Origin: an uncultured Candidatus Rokubacteria bacterium | Lineage (GTDB): Bacteria; Methylomirabilota; Methylomirabilia; Rokubacteriales; DASRDR01 | NCBI GenBank assembly: GCA_963805625.1 | Contig: CAWDVE010000009.1 | Location: forward strand, 8,031 to 72,030 | Direction: 5' to 3' | DNA length: 64,000 bases | Shown: piece by piece, positions 1 through 9,285 of the stretch | How the letters are laid out: each line of letters opens with the position of its first letter | Position numbering within the stretch: position 1 is the stretch's first letter | Made by a program: the position numbers and the translations under genes | Notes under the pieces: generated by a model | Databases searched by the model: none | What the model was told of the DNA's origin: nothing | Seen by the model: only the letters and a program-made list of their open reading frames with translations

Positions 1-714
1 CGGGCGCGGAGGCAGGGCCTCGAGCGCCACGATCTCGAGCGCGGGTGCCACGGTGCCGAGCCCGCCCGGCTGGAGGTCGGCGGCCTTCCACTCCTTGACC
101 TCCTTTTTCTTGGCTCCCATGATCCCCTTGAGCGTGGGGTAGCGGGGCTCGTTCATGCCCTTCTGGGCTGTCAACACGCACGGCAGCGGCACGTCGAAGA
201 CCTCGAGGCCCCCCTCGACCTGGCGACCCACCCGGATGCGGCTCGCGTCCTCCGCAAGGGTCTCCTCCATGATCCACAACAGGCACGGCCAGCCGAGGAT
301 CTCCGCGACCTGCGCGCCCGTGGCCCCCATGTCATCGTCAATCGCCTGACGGCCGGACAGGACGAGTTGCGGACTCTCCAGTCTCACGACCGCCGCCAGC
401 GCCCGGGCCGCGGTCAGCGTGTCCGCGCCTTCGAACGCCGGGTCGTTCACGTGGATGGCGCGGTCGGCGCCCATCGCCAGGCACGAGCGGAGAGCCTCCT
501 TGGCCCGCTCCGGGCCGAGAGTCACCGCCACGACCTCGTCGGTCGCCGCCTGGCCCCGCTTCTCCTTGATGCGGAGGGCTTCCTCGAGCGCGAACTCGTC
601 GTACGGGGAGACGATCCAGGTGATGCCAGTCTGGTCGATCGTCCGCGGGTCGCTCCCGACCTTGACCTGCGTGGCGGTGTCCGGCACCTGCTTCACCAGG
701 ACGAGCATCTTCAT
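1..714 (-). CDS. etfB: Electron transfer flavoprotein beta subunit (3' end runs off the window)
   Basis: Read from the reverse strand: MKMLVLVKQVPDTATQVKV...SPYDEFALEEALR...LAMGADRA...GRQAIDDD...NEPRYPTLKGIM, typical EtfB/FixA motifs. Not in the ORF track because it is incomplete. Confidence 0.93.
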   Translation of the reverse strand, partial: MKMLVLVKQVPDTATQVKVGSDPRTIDQTGITWIVSPYDEFALEEALRIKEKRGQAATDEVVAVTLGPERAKEALRSCLAMGADRAIHVNDPAFEGADTLTAARALAAVVRLESPQLVLSGRQAIDDDMGATGAQVAEILGWPCLLWIMEETLAEDASRIRVGRQVEGGLEVFDVPLPCVLTAQKGMNEPRYPTLKGIMGAKKKEVKEWKAADLQPGGLGTVAPALEIVALEALPPRP

Positions 715-775
715 GCGTCGGGCTCCTTTGAGCGATGCGACTGGGGCGATCCTGGGTCCGTCTGGTAACGCGTTG

Positions 776-805
776 ATTTTATTCACGCCACACGGCCGAA
801 GTCAA
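776..805 (-). promoter_or_regulatory. Sigma70-like promoter of etfB
   Basis: TTGACT-N18-TAAAAT on the minus strand about 60 nt upstream of the etfB ATG, an AT-rich patch in GC-rich DNA. Confidence 0.6.
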
Positions 806-911
806 TGACGCGAGGCTCGAACTCCCCGCTCCGCTAGCTCGGAGACGCGTACAATCCCGCATCGGGGCCCGGTCGGGGCGCGAGAGCCCCGGGCGGCAGT
901 CCCGCGACGCC

Positions 912-2399
912 ATGGCTCACGCTCACTCGGCCCCGACCGCGTGGCCCGACCCACGGGCGCTGGGGTCATTCCTGGACCAGCCCGCCGCGCGACGCCTGGA
1001 CGGTGACGACCGGCAGGCGCTCCGCGCGGTCCTCGCGCGCGCGACTCGGACGGTCGCGCGGACCGATGACCTGATCGTCGCGGACGGCCGAGCCGTGGGG
1101 CGCGTCCTGCCCCACGGCTCGGTCGCGCTCTACCGGCCCGATCCGGCGGCTCCCCTCCAGCATCGCGTGCTCGAACTCGACCCGCGCGGCACCGTGACGG
1201 TCGTCCTCAACCGCGGCCCGCTGGGTGAGCTCCACGAGGCGTGGGCGAGCCTCGCGGACGGCCGCGCGGTCGGCGTTCTCCCCGGCGGCTCGCATCACCT
1301 GCTGTGGGGGCCCTCAGACCGCCTCGTTCTCGCGCCTTCTGGCGGCGCCCCGACGACGCTCACACTCGCCGCAGCCGTCTCCTGGAACGCCGTGAACCTG
1401 ATTCCGCCCGTCGCCGAGCCGGGCCGGCTTCCCTCCGGCGCCAGTGCCGCGCTGCTGAACATTCTCGCGGCGCTTGCGTGGGACCAAGGCCGGCCCGCAC
1501 TGCGCTACCGCGGTCCGTATCCGACGGAGCAGCTCTTCTGGAGCCTCACCGAGTCCTTTCGCTTCGGCGCTCTGGGCCCAGGTTTCGATCCTCGTGCGCG
1601 GTTCCTGGAAAGCGCCGAGGTGACGTTCGCGCGGGGCGCACCCGAAGAGGCCCCCGTCGACTGGATCCCGGCCCCCCACGAGCGACGGGTCCACTCCGGC
1701 GGGCTCGTCGTCCAGCTTCGGGACGGTGTCGAGCGCGTGACCTGGGAGGGCCGCACGTACCACCGGATCGAGTGCCAGGGCCTCCGCCGACGAGAGCACC
1801 GCGTTGTGCGCACCGTCGAGCCCGGGGGCCGGACACGACGCTACGTGGCATGCCTCGAGGCCCTCGGAATCGTGGTGGAGGACCACCTCACGCTCGACGA
1901 GCGGGGGGATCCGCTCGATCGCCACCTCCCGGGTCTCGACCCCCCTCTCGAGACGCCCTTGGCCGCGCCCTGGCGCGACGCGCTCGGCGCCCTCCTACCG
2001 CTCGAGGCGACGCCGCTGCTTGCGGGCGCGATCGAGGCCATCTGGCCCGAGCTTCGCGTGGTGTGGGGACCCGTCCCGGGCGACCTTGTGGAGACCGAGG
2101 GCGTGACGCTCCGGCTCTCGCCGAAGCTCTTAGGCGTCTACCGGACCGCGAGGGCCGCCACGCCCGCGGCTGGAGGTCGAACCGTGGCCCAGCAGCTCGT
2201 CCGCGAGGTGCTGGGGCTCGTCGGACCCGCGGTCCGCCAGGCGGCGGCGATCTGGCTGGAAGCGCTCCCCGTGGCGCGACAGCAGGCGGAACTGGCGACT
2301 GCAGGACGCCGGGACCGGGTCGGGCAGGCGGCGGCCGCCCTCGCGCCACTCGGGCGCCTGCTCGACGCCGTGGAGGCCGGCACCGCCCTGCGAGGGTGA
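912..2399 (+). CDS. Hypothetical protein (495 aa)
   Basis: Long ORF with protein-like composition; TACAAT -10-like box at 850-855; no family recognised. Confidence 0.75.
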   Translation: MAHAHSAPTAWPDPRALGSFLDQPAARRLDGDDRQALRAVLARATRTVARTDDLIVADGRAVGRVLPHGSVALYRPDPAAPLQHRVLELDPRGTVTVVLNRGPLGELHEAWASLADGRAVGVLPGGSHHLLWGPSDRLVLAPSGGAPTTLTLAAAVSWNAVNLIPPVAEPGRLPSGASAALLNILAALAWDQGRPALRYRGPYPTEQLFWSLTESFRFGALGPGFDPRARFLESAEVTFARGAPEEAPVDWIPAPHERRVHSGGLVVQLRDGVERVTWEGRTYHRIECQGLRRREHRVVRTVEPGGRTRRYVACLEALGIVVEDHLTLDERGDPLDRHLPGLDPPLETPLAAPWRDALGALLPLEATPLLAGAIEAIWPELRVVWGPVPGDLVETEGVTLRLSPKLLGVYRTARAATPAAGGRTVAQQLVREVLGLVGPAVRQAAAIWLEALPVARQQAELATAGRRDRVGQAAAALAPLGRLLDAVEAGTALRG

Positions 2400-2468
2400 C
2401 CCGCTCACGCCAGGTCGCCGCGGATCACCGGCGGAACACCCGTCGAGGGGAGACGACTCACCTAGTCG

Positions 2469-2494
2469 CCCCCGCCCGGCAGACCCGGGCGGGG
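2469..2494. terminator. GC-rich hairpin between convergent genes
   Basis: CCCCGCCCGG...CCGGGCGGGG inverted repeat, with no U-tract. Confidence 0.45.
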
Positions 2495-2527
2495 TGGGAG
2501 CCCCGCTCGCAGGGCGGCTCGATCAGG

Positions 2528-2965
2528 CTACTGGGTAGTAGCGGCCGTCGTCTTGGTGCGCGCGGTCGCTCGGGTGCCGCTCAGCTCCACGTAGGTGGAG
2601 GCGTCGAACGCCCCGCCTTCCCAGATCCGCACTTGGAGCGACGCGTCCCCCTTCTCGAAGAGCTGCATCGTCCCCATGCCCGGGAAGGAGGTGGCCCGGA
2701 CCATGCGCCAACCGTTCCCCTGGAGGCCTTCCTGTATCGACAGCACGAGGCTTCCCGGCTCGAACTTGCTCGAGTACATCAGCCGGGCCGCCCGCACCGT
2801 CTCGGACTCGATCACCGCCGACTTGTCGGCGAGGTACTCGAGTCCACCCGGGAGCGGGATGTCCATGAACTCGCTGCGGATCGGGGGGACGTTCTTGGTG
2901 GAGGAGCAGGCGGAGAGGAAGAGCGCCAGCGTAGCCACGACCATGACCATCGTCTTGGTTCTCAT
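2528..2965 (-). CDS. Putative lipoprotein
   Basis: Basic N-terminus, hydrophobic stretch and lipobox LSA-C. Confidence 0.8.
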   Translation of the reverse strand: MRTKTMVMVVATLALFLSACSSTKNVPPIRSEFMDIPLPGGLEYLADKSAVIESETVRAARLMYSSKFEPGSLVLSIQEGLQGNGWRMVRATSFPGMGTMQLFEKGDASLQVRIWEGGAFDASTYVELSGTRATARTKTTAATTQ

Positions 2966-3098
2966 ACGCCCACGCTAACAACGGTGGCGTCGGCGCCCCA
3001 AGCTTTTTCGTCGGCCATGGTCGGCAGTATCCGGCTCTGTCCCCGGCTCCTGGCCCCGCCCCGCAGCTATTGGCGGACTCGGGACCATCGCTGATCAT

Positions 3099-3286
3099 CC
3101 AGGTCGGAACGGATCCTCCGCAACCACGTGGCTCTGCAGAGGGCGGCGCCCCCGCGGGGCTGCAGCGCGAGGGGACACGACCGGGATCCAGTGGTCGGAA
3201 GGCCGACTGCCGATCCGCCTCGAACTGCAACAGGTTTCCGGCAGGATGCCACGCGTCTCTGCTACGTGGACACCGTCGAACTCTGG
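3099..3286 (+). ncRNA. Candidate long rod-shaped structured RNA (6S-RNA-sized)
   Basis: Nested pairings by eye: CCAGG/TCTGG, ACGG/CCGT, CCACGTG/TACGTGG, GCAGAG/CTCTGC, TGCAG/CTGCA, CGAGG/CCTCG, GGATC/GATCC, CAGT/ACTG, and GGTC/GGCC closing a GGAA tetraloop at 3197-3200. G-U pairs favour the + strand. Confidence 0.55.
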
Positions 3287-3313
3287 CGCCTGGCTCCGCG
3301 GGCCGGGCAGTCT

Positions 3314-3949
3314 TCAGGTCGTGCCGGCCAAACCCCGAGGCGGTTCCGGCGCCCGGTCGCGCTTGAGGCGGCCGAGGGCACGGATGGCGCGGCGGGCGAG
3401 CCAGACGGTCGCGGTCACGGCGAGGGCCAGCGCCACGAGCCCCGCCCCCAGCGCGAGGAGTGGGTGCGCGAGAGCCATCCACACCGCGCCCGCCACCAGG
3501 CCGTTCTCAGCCAGGCTGATCAGAACGTTCGACACCGGCTCGGGACTTGCGTTCACCGCGAGCCGGGTCGTCGCCTTCGCCGCGTGTGTCGCGAGCGTTG
3601 CCCCGCCCAGCAGGAGGAGCGCCAGCACTTCGGCGGCCGGGGACAGCTGGCCCAGCGCACGGCTCGCCAGGAGGGCGCCGCCGACCGGCCGGATGACCGT
3701 GTGGACAGCGTCCCAGAGCGAGTCCACCACCGGGATCTTGTCGGCCAGGAACTCGACGAGGAACAGCACTCCGGACACCGCGAGCACCACGGGGTCCGCC
3801 AGCACGCCGAGGGATGTCCAAGCCGGGGCGAGGTGGACCCACTCCAGGCGGATGGCGAGCCGGGAGACGAAGACCGCGCCGTAGAGCGAGAGCCCCGAGG
3901 CGATCGCCAGGCCGAGCACGGCGCCGACGGGTCCTGCGATCTCCGGCAC
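3314..3949 (-). CDS. DUF4126 family membrane protein
   Basis: ASGLSLY, EFLADKIPVVDSLWDAVHTVIRPVGGA and SPEPVSNVLISLAE motifs; GTG start inferred 4 nt after the trpD stop. Confidence 0.88.
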   Translation of the reverse strand: MPEIAGPVGAVLGLAIASGLSLYGAVFVSRLAIRLEWVHLAPAWTSLGVLADPVVLAVSGVLFLVEFLADKIPVVDSLWDAVHTVIRPVGGALLASRALGQLSPAAEVLALLLLGGATLATHAAKATTRLAVNASPEPVSNVLISLAENGLVAGAVWMALAHPLLALGAGLVALALAVTATVWLARRAIRALGRLKRDRAPEPPRGLAGTT

Positions 3950-3953
3950 CCGC

Positions 3954-5027
3954 CTACCCCTTGTCTTGGGCCAGCTCGTGAGACAGACGGACCAGCGCCT
4001 CGAGCTTGCCACGGGCGGCTCCGCTGTCGATCGCGTGGGCGGCCAGCTGGGACCCCTCCTTGAAGTCGCGGGCGCGCGCGCCCGCCACGAGCGCGGCGCT
4101 TGCATTCACCAGCACGATGTCCCGGCGCGGGCCGGGCTCCCCCGCCAGAATGCGCCGGATGATCTCCGCGTTCTCCTCTCGATCTCCGCCCCGGAGATCC
4201 GCGATCGTCGCGCGGGGCACGCCGAAGTCCTCGGGGCGGATCGTGCTCGCCCGGACCACACCCTCGCGCACCTCGGCCGCCCAGCTGTCACCAGTCGTCG
4301 AGATCTCATCGAGCCCGTCGGCGCCGTGTACCACGAAGGCGCGGATCGTTCCGAGCTCGGCCAGGACGCGCGCCAGGGGCTCGACGAGCGCCCGGCTGTA
4401 GACGCCGATCACCTGCGCGTTGGCGCCGGCGGGGTTGGTCAGGGGGCCGAGGATGTTGAAGACCGTGCGGATCCCCATCTCCCGGCGGGCGGGCATGACG
4501 TGCTTCATCGCGGTGTGGAGGAGCGGAGCGTAGAGGAACCCGATGCCCACCTGATCGATGCACTGGCCGACTCTGGCCGGGGTGAGGTCGAGGCTCACGC
4601 CGAGGGCCTCCACCACGTCCGCGGATCCGCAGAGGCTCGAGACCGACCGATTGCCATGCTTGGCCACCTTGAGCCCCGCGCCGGCCACGACGAACGCGGT
4701 TGCCGTGGACACGTTGAACGTGCCGGATGCGTCGCCGCCCGTGCCGGCCGTGTCGATGAGCATCTCGCGGTCCGTGCCGGCGAGGGCCGTTCCGACGTCG
4801 CCGCGAGTCCGGACCCGGACGGCCTTGAGCCGCATGACCTCCGCCAGCCCGATCAGCTCGTCGACGGTCTCCCCCTTCATGCGAAGGGCGGTGAGGAAGG
4901 CTGCGACCTGGACGGAGGTGGCGGCCCCGGACATGAGGGCCTCCATCGCGGCCGCTGCCTCGAGCCGCGTGAGGTCGCGCCGATCCACCAGCGTTCGGAT
5001 CGCTTCCACGATGACGGGACTGGTCAT
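3954..5027 (-). CDS. trpD: Anthranilate phosphoribosyltransferase
   Basis: DTAGTGGD, TFNVST, AKHGNRSVSSLCGSADV, RTVFNILGPLTNP, GLDEIS. Confidence 0.96.
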   Translation of the reverse strand: MTSPVIVEAIRTLVDRRDLTRLEAAAAMEALMSGAATSVQVAAFLTALRMKGETVDELIGLAEVMRLKAVRVRTRGDVGTALAGTDREMLIDTAGTGGDASGTFNVSTATAFVVAGAGLKVAKHGNRSVSSLCGSADVVEALGVSLDLTPARVGQCIDQVGIGFLYAPLLHTAMKHVMPARREMGIRTVFNILGPLTNPAGANAQVIGVYSRALVEPLARVLAELGTIRAFVVHGADGLDEISTTGDSWAAEVREGVVRASTIRPEDFGVPRATIADLRGGDREENAEIIRRILAGEPGPRRDIVLVNASAALVAGARARDFKEGSQLAAHAIDSGAARGKLEALVRLSHELAQDKG

Positions 5028-5043
5028 GGGTCTCTCCCCTCCC

Positions 5044-8000
5044 CTATGCGGATCCGCCGACTCCACGGAAGCTCGCGACGACCGCCTGGACGTCCTCGAA
5101 CCGGAAGGGCTTGGTCATCACGCGGTCGACGCCGTGCGTCTGCAGGTCGTCGGCCTGGACCTCGACCCCCCAGCCGGTCACCAGGACCACCGGCACCTGG
5201 GGCCGTGCCGCCTTCACGGCCTGCGCCACCTGCCAGCCGGACATCCCGGGCATCGCCAGATCGGTCATCACCAGGTCGAAGGCCCCCTCGCGGAAGCGGG
5301 CCAGTCCCGAGATGCCGTCGTCGGCCACGACGACGTCGTGGTGCTGCTGGCGGAGAATCTCGCCGAGCGTGTCGCGGACGAACGGCTCGTCGTCGATGAC
5401 GAGCACTCGCACCGACTCGACCTCCATCACCGGCACCCGCGTCACCAGGGCGGGCGGCGGGCGGCCCACGGGGAGCCGGATCGTGAAGGTCGAGCCCACG
5501 CCCTCGGCCGTGTCCACCAGGATCTCTCCGCCGTGGCGCGACACGATACCGTACACCATGGCGAGCCCGAGGCCGGTTCCGCTGGGTCCCTTGGTCGAGA
5601 AGAAGGGCTCGAAGATCCGCCGCCGGACGGAGTCGGACATCCCCACGCCGGTGTCGGCGACGCTCACTTCCACCCGCTCGCCGCGCTCCCGGGTCGTGAT
5701 GCGGATCTCTCCGCCGCGCGGGAGGGCATCCGTCGCATTGAGAATCAGGTTCGTCAGGACCTCGCGGAGCTCGGAGGGCTGCCCGTCCACCGGCGGCACG
5801 ACGCCGAAGTCAAGCGCGAGCTGAATCTGCGCGCCCCGGGACTGGGGATCGTCCTGCCACCGGGCCCGCGTCATCTCCACGGCATCGCGAATCGCCTGGT
5901 TCACGTCGACGGTCTGGGTCGGCTGGTCGCGGCGGACGCGCGTGAACTCCTGGATCTGGCGGACTGTCTGCGCCCCGTCGAGCGCCGCCTGCTCCACGAT
6001 CGCGAGCCAGCGGCGGAACGTCGGGTCCTCGAGCTTGCGCTGGAGGAGCTGCACCCGGCCCAGGATCACCGCCAGGACGTTGTTGAAGTCGTGCGCCACG
6101 CCCGAGGCCATCTCGCCGAGGGCCCGGAGCTTCTCCATGCGCACCAGCTGCTCCTGGGTCCGGCGCAGCTCGTCGAGCGCCCGTCTGGCCTCGATCTCGT
6201 GGGCCCGCGCGTCCTCGTAGAGTCGCGCGTTCTGGATCGCCACCGCCGCCTGTCCGACCAGGGCTCGGAGAAGCGCTTCGTCCGCCTCACCGAGGGGCCG
6301 GCCCTCGCGGTCACTGACGGCCAGCACCCCCAGCAGGCGGTCGCCGAGCAGCACCGGCAGGCCGCTGAACGTGCGGACGCCCTGCGCCAGGAGCGCATCA
6401 CGCCCGACGATCTCGGGATTGCCCTCCACGGGCACGTTGAGCAGGGCCTCGCGTCGCTCCGCGATGAGTCCCACGCCGCCCTGCCCGAACGCCAGGCGAG
6501 CCGGAAGCTGATCGCGGAGCTCCGGCACTCCGTGGAAGGCGCGGCGCACGAGGACACGTTCGGTCTCGTCGGCGAGCCAGGCGGTCGCGAGGGGCGCGTC
6601 GCACAGGGTCCCGGCCGCGCGCGTGATCTCGTCGAGGACGTCATCCAGGCGAAGCGAGGCGGAGACGGCGCGATTCACGTGGCTGAGCCGCTCGAGCCGC
6701 TCGACCTGGTGGCGCGTCGCGTCGTAGAGCCGTGCGTTCTCGATCGCGACGGCGGCGAGGGTGGCGAGGGACGTGAGGGTCTGCACCTCCGCCGCGGTGG
6801 GCTCGTGTGGCTCCCACCAGTAGGTCGCCAGGCAGCCGAACGGCGCGCCCTGCGTGAGAATGGGCACGGACAGGGCGGCACGATAGCCCTCGTGCTCGAC
6901 CAGCCGTCGCACCAGGTGGCTCCGCACCGTCTCGGAGCCGAGGATCTCGGCGGTCCAGACGGGCCGGCGCTCGGCCACGGACCGCCCCGACGTCCCGTCG
7001 CCGGGAGGCACGGCCATCTCCCGGACGAACTCCTGCGACAGGCCCGCCCCGCGCGCGTAGCGGAGCAGGCCGTCCGGGTCGAGCCGGAAGATCCCGCACG
7101 CGCGAACCCGCATGAGCTCGAGTACCCGCTCGACGATCCGGTCGAAAACCCGGTCCGGGTCCAGGGTGGAGCTGATCAGCCGGCCGACCTCGAACAGGGC
7201 CCGTGCCTCGGCCTCCCGGTCCCGCGCTTCCTGGTAGAGCCTGGCGTTCGCCACCGCGACCGCCACTACGCGCGCGAGGTCGGTCGCCAAGCTCACGTGC
7301 TCGTTCGAGAGCTCGACAGGCAGGCTCCAGAACCCGTAGAGAATCCCGACGATCTCGTTCTGCAGCCGAACGGGGACCGCGAGCATCCCGCGGATGCCTG
7401 CCTGCTCGATCTCGGGAATGAGGGTCTGGGTGATCCTGGGGTCGCGCCCGTAGTCGCTCGTGCGGAAGGGCTGACCGTGCCGGAGCACCCAGCCGGTCAC
7501 TCCCTGGCCTGGGCCCACGGCCAGGTGGCTGAGGGCGTCCGCACCGAGCCCCACCCGGGCGGCGAGCCGCATCGTGCCGCGCCGGGTAACGAGGCCGATC
7601 GCGCCCCCATCCGCCCCGAAGAGTTCGCGCACACCGTCCGCCACACCCGCGAGCACGGTCCGGAGGTCGAGCGAGGCGGTCAGGGTCTGCGTGATGGCGG
7701 CGAGCGCCTCGGCCGTCTCCTGGCGCCGACGGATCTCGCCGAAGAGTCGGGCGTTCTCCAGCGCGAGGGCCGCGTGGGCCGCCAAGGTCTCCAGGAACTC
7801 TTGGTCCTCGGCGGGAAGACGAAAGTTGGCCGCGTGGTAGATCGCGAGCACACCGAGTACGCGGTCGGTCGCCAAGAGCGGCACCGCAGCGACCGCGCGG
7901 GGGCCCAGGGACCCAACCCGGCTGCGTGTCTCCGGCGAGAGCTCGATCTCGGGATCCAGCAAGAGGTCCGGGGTCTCCACCGTTCGCCGATCCCGCGCCG

Positions 8001-9285
8001 CCCTTCCGACCACGCCCTCGCCGAGAGCGATGCTGTGGAACCGCTCGTCGAGACCAAAGCCGCGAGCGTAGTCGAGACGATCCCGGTCGAGCCGGAACAC
8101 CCCGAATGCTTCCGCCCCCAGGACCTCGCGGGACTTCTCGGCGATCAGGTCGAGGATTCGATCGGCGTCCCGCGTCGATGCCAGCAGCTGTCCCACCTGG
8201 GCCGCGGCCTTCACTCGCTCGGCGCGGGCCGACGCCAGCCGCAGCAGACGCGCGTTCTCCAGGGCGATCGACGCCTCGACGGCGAAATCCGCCAGAATCG
8301 CGAGATCGGCCTCTGTGAACGGCCGCGCGGATACGTCCCGGGAGACGACGATCACGCCCCGGAGCGCGTGACCGGCCACCAGCGGCTGGGTCACGATGGC
8401 GCGGTGAACCTCGCGGAACCGTGGCAGCGCCAGAGGCGAGCGCGGGAAGTCATTGACAATCATCCCCTCGCCGCGAGCCGCCGTCACCCCGATGACGCCC
8501 TCGCCAATCGCGATGGGCGCGCCCTGCATCCACTCCGGCCAGTTGAAGGCCGCGTGCGGCCGCAGGACCCTTCCCGCCTCGTCCAGCAGATAGACCCCTC
8601 CGGTGTCGGCATCGAGCAGCTCGGCGGCGCGGCGGCTGATCATGGCCACCAGCGCGTCCAGGTCGCGCTGACCGGAGATCTCCCCTTCGATCTCGCGGAG
8701 CGTTTCCAGCCGCCGCAGGCGGCTCGAGGCGACCTCGAGGAGCGCCGCGCCTTCGATGGCGACCGCCGCATGCGCACCGAACGAGCGAAGGAAGTCCACC
8801 TCGAGCGGCGTGAAACGATGTGGCTGCCACGTGAGGAGGCAGAGCGCGCCGAGCAGGCGATCACCCCGGGCGAGCCGGACGCCGGCCAGCGAGCAGACGC
8901 CCTGGTCTCGCGCCCAGGCCCGATTCAAGACACGTTCGTCGTCGGACAAGGTCGCGACGACCACCGGCTCCGCGCTTCCCACGACCGCCCCGAGGAGACC
9001 TTCACCTATGGGCATGGCCCGGCGCAGCTCCGCGCCGGCGTGGCCCGGACGCGCGCCGACCTCGGTGGCGAGCGTGAGTTCGCGCTGGTCCTCGCCGGCG
9101 AGCCAGACGTGGACGAGCGAGCCGGGGACGAGGGTCGCCGCGGCGCGCGCCACGCGCTCAAGGACCTCGGAGAGATTCGCCGCCGCGCCGGCCGCCCCGG
9201 CCAGCTCGATGAGGGCCCGCTGGGCCACCGTCGCGCTGACCGGCGGGCCCGGCTGCTCGCCGGACGCGCTCGGGGTCACGGTCAC
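5044..9285 (-). CDS. Hybrid sensor histidine kinase: 6 GAF domains + HisKA + HATPase + REC
   Basis: Six repeats ending in AxxA(I/L/V)xNARL-like motifs; H-box GVAHDFNN; NLILNA; DTGVGM; FFSTK..GTGLGL; receiver IDDE..TDLAMP..TKPF. GTG start overlaps the livF stop (GTGA). Confidence 0.92.
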   Translation of the reverse strand: MTVTPSASGEQPGPPVSATVAQRALIELAGAAGAAANLSEVLERVARAAATLVPGSLVHVWLAGEDQRELTLATEVGARPGHAGAELRRAMPIGEGLLGAVVGSAEPVVVATLSDDERVLNRAWARDQGVCSLAGVRLARGDRLLGALCLLTWQPHRFTPLEVDFLRSFGAHAAVAIEGAALLEVASSRLRRLETLREIEGEISGQRDLDALVAMISRRAAELLDADTGGVYLLDEAGRVLRPHAAFNWPEWMQGAPIAIGEGVIGVTAARGEGMIVNDFPRSPLALPRFREVHRAIVTQPLVAGHALRGVIVVSRDVSARPFTEADLAILADFAVEASIALENARLLRLASARAERVKAAAQVGQLLASTRDADRILDLIAEKSREVLGAEAFGVFRLDRDRLDYARGFGLDERFHSIALGEGVVGRAARDRRTVETPDLLLDPEIELSPETRSRVGSLGPRAVAAVPLLATDRVLGVLAIYHAANFRLPAEDQEFLETLAAHAALALENARLFGEIRRRQETAEALAAITQTLTASLDLRTVLAGVADGVRELFGADGGAIGLVTRRGTMRLAARVGLGADALSHLAVGPGQGVTGWVLRHGQPFRTSDYGRDPRITQTLIPEIEQAGIRGMLAVPVRLQNEIVGILYGFWSLPVELSNEHVSLATDLARVVAVAVANARLYQEARDREAEARALFEVGRLISSTLDPDRVFDRIVERVLELMRVRACGIFRLDPDGLLRYARGAGLSQEFVREMAVPPGDGTSGRSVAERRPVWTAEILGSETVRSHLVRRLVEHEGYRAALSVPILTQGAPFGCLATYWWEPHEPTAAEVQTLTSLATLAAVAIENARLYDATRHQVERLERLSHVNRAVSASLRLDDVLDEITRAAGTLCDAPLATAWLADETERVLVRRAFHGVPELRDQLPARLAFGQGGVGLIAERREALLNVPVEGNPEIVGRDALLAQGVRTFSGLPVLLGDRLLGVLAVSDREGRPLGEADEALLRALVGQAAVAIQNARLYEDARAHEIEARRALDELRRTQEQLVRMEKLRALGEMASGVAHDFNNVLAVILGRVQLLQRKLEDPTFRRWLAIVEQAALDGAQTVRQIQEFTRVRRDQPTQTVDVNQAIRDAVEMTRARWQDDPQSRGAQIQLALDFGVVPPVDGQPSELREVLTNLILNATDALPRGGEIRITTRERGERVEVSVADTGVGMSDSVRRRIFEPFFSTKGPSGTGLGLAMVYGIVSRHGGEILVDTAEGVGSTFTIRLPVGRPPPALVTRVPVMEVESVRVLVIDDEPFVRDTLGEILRQQHHDVVVADDGISGLARFREGAFDLVMTDLAMPGMSGWQVAQAVKAARPQVPVVLVTGWGVEVQADDLQTHGVDRVMTKPFRFEDVQAVVASFRGVGGSA

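Noticed and set aside
3185-3215. GGAA tetraloop suggesting SRP RNA
   Set aside because: Lacks the CAGG..GGAA..GCAG internal-loop signature of SRP domain IV.
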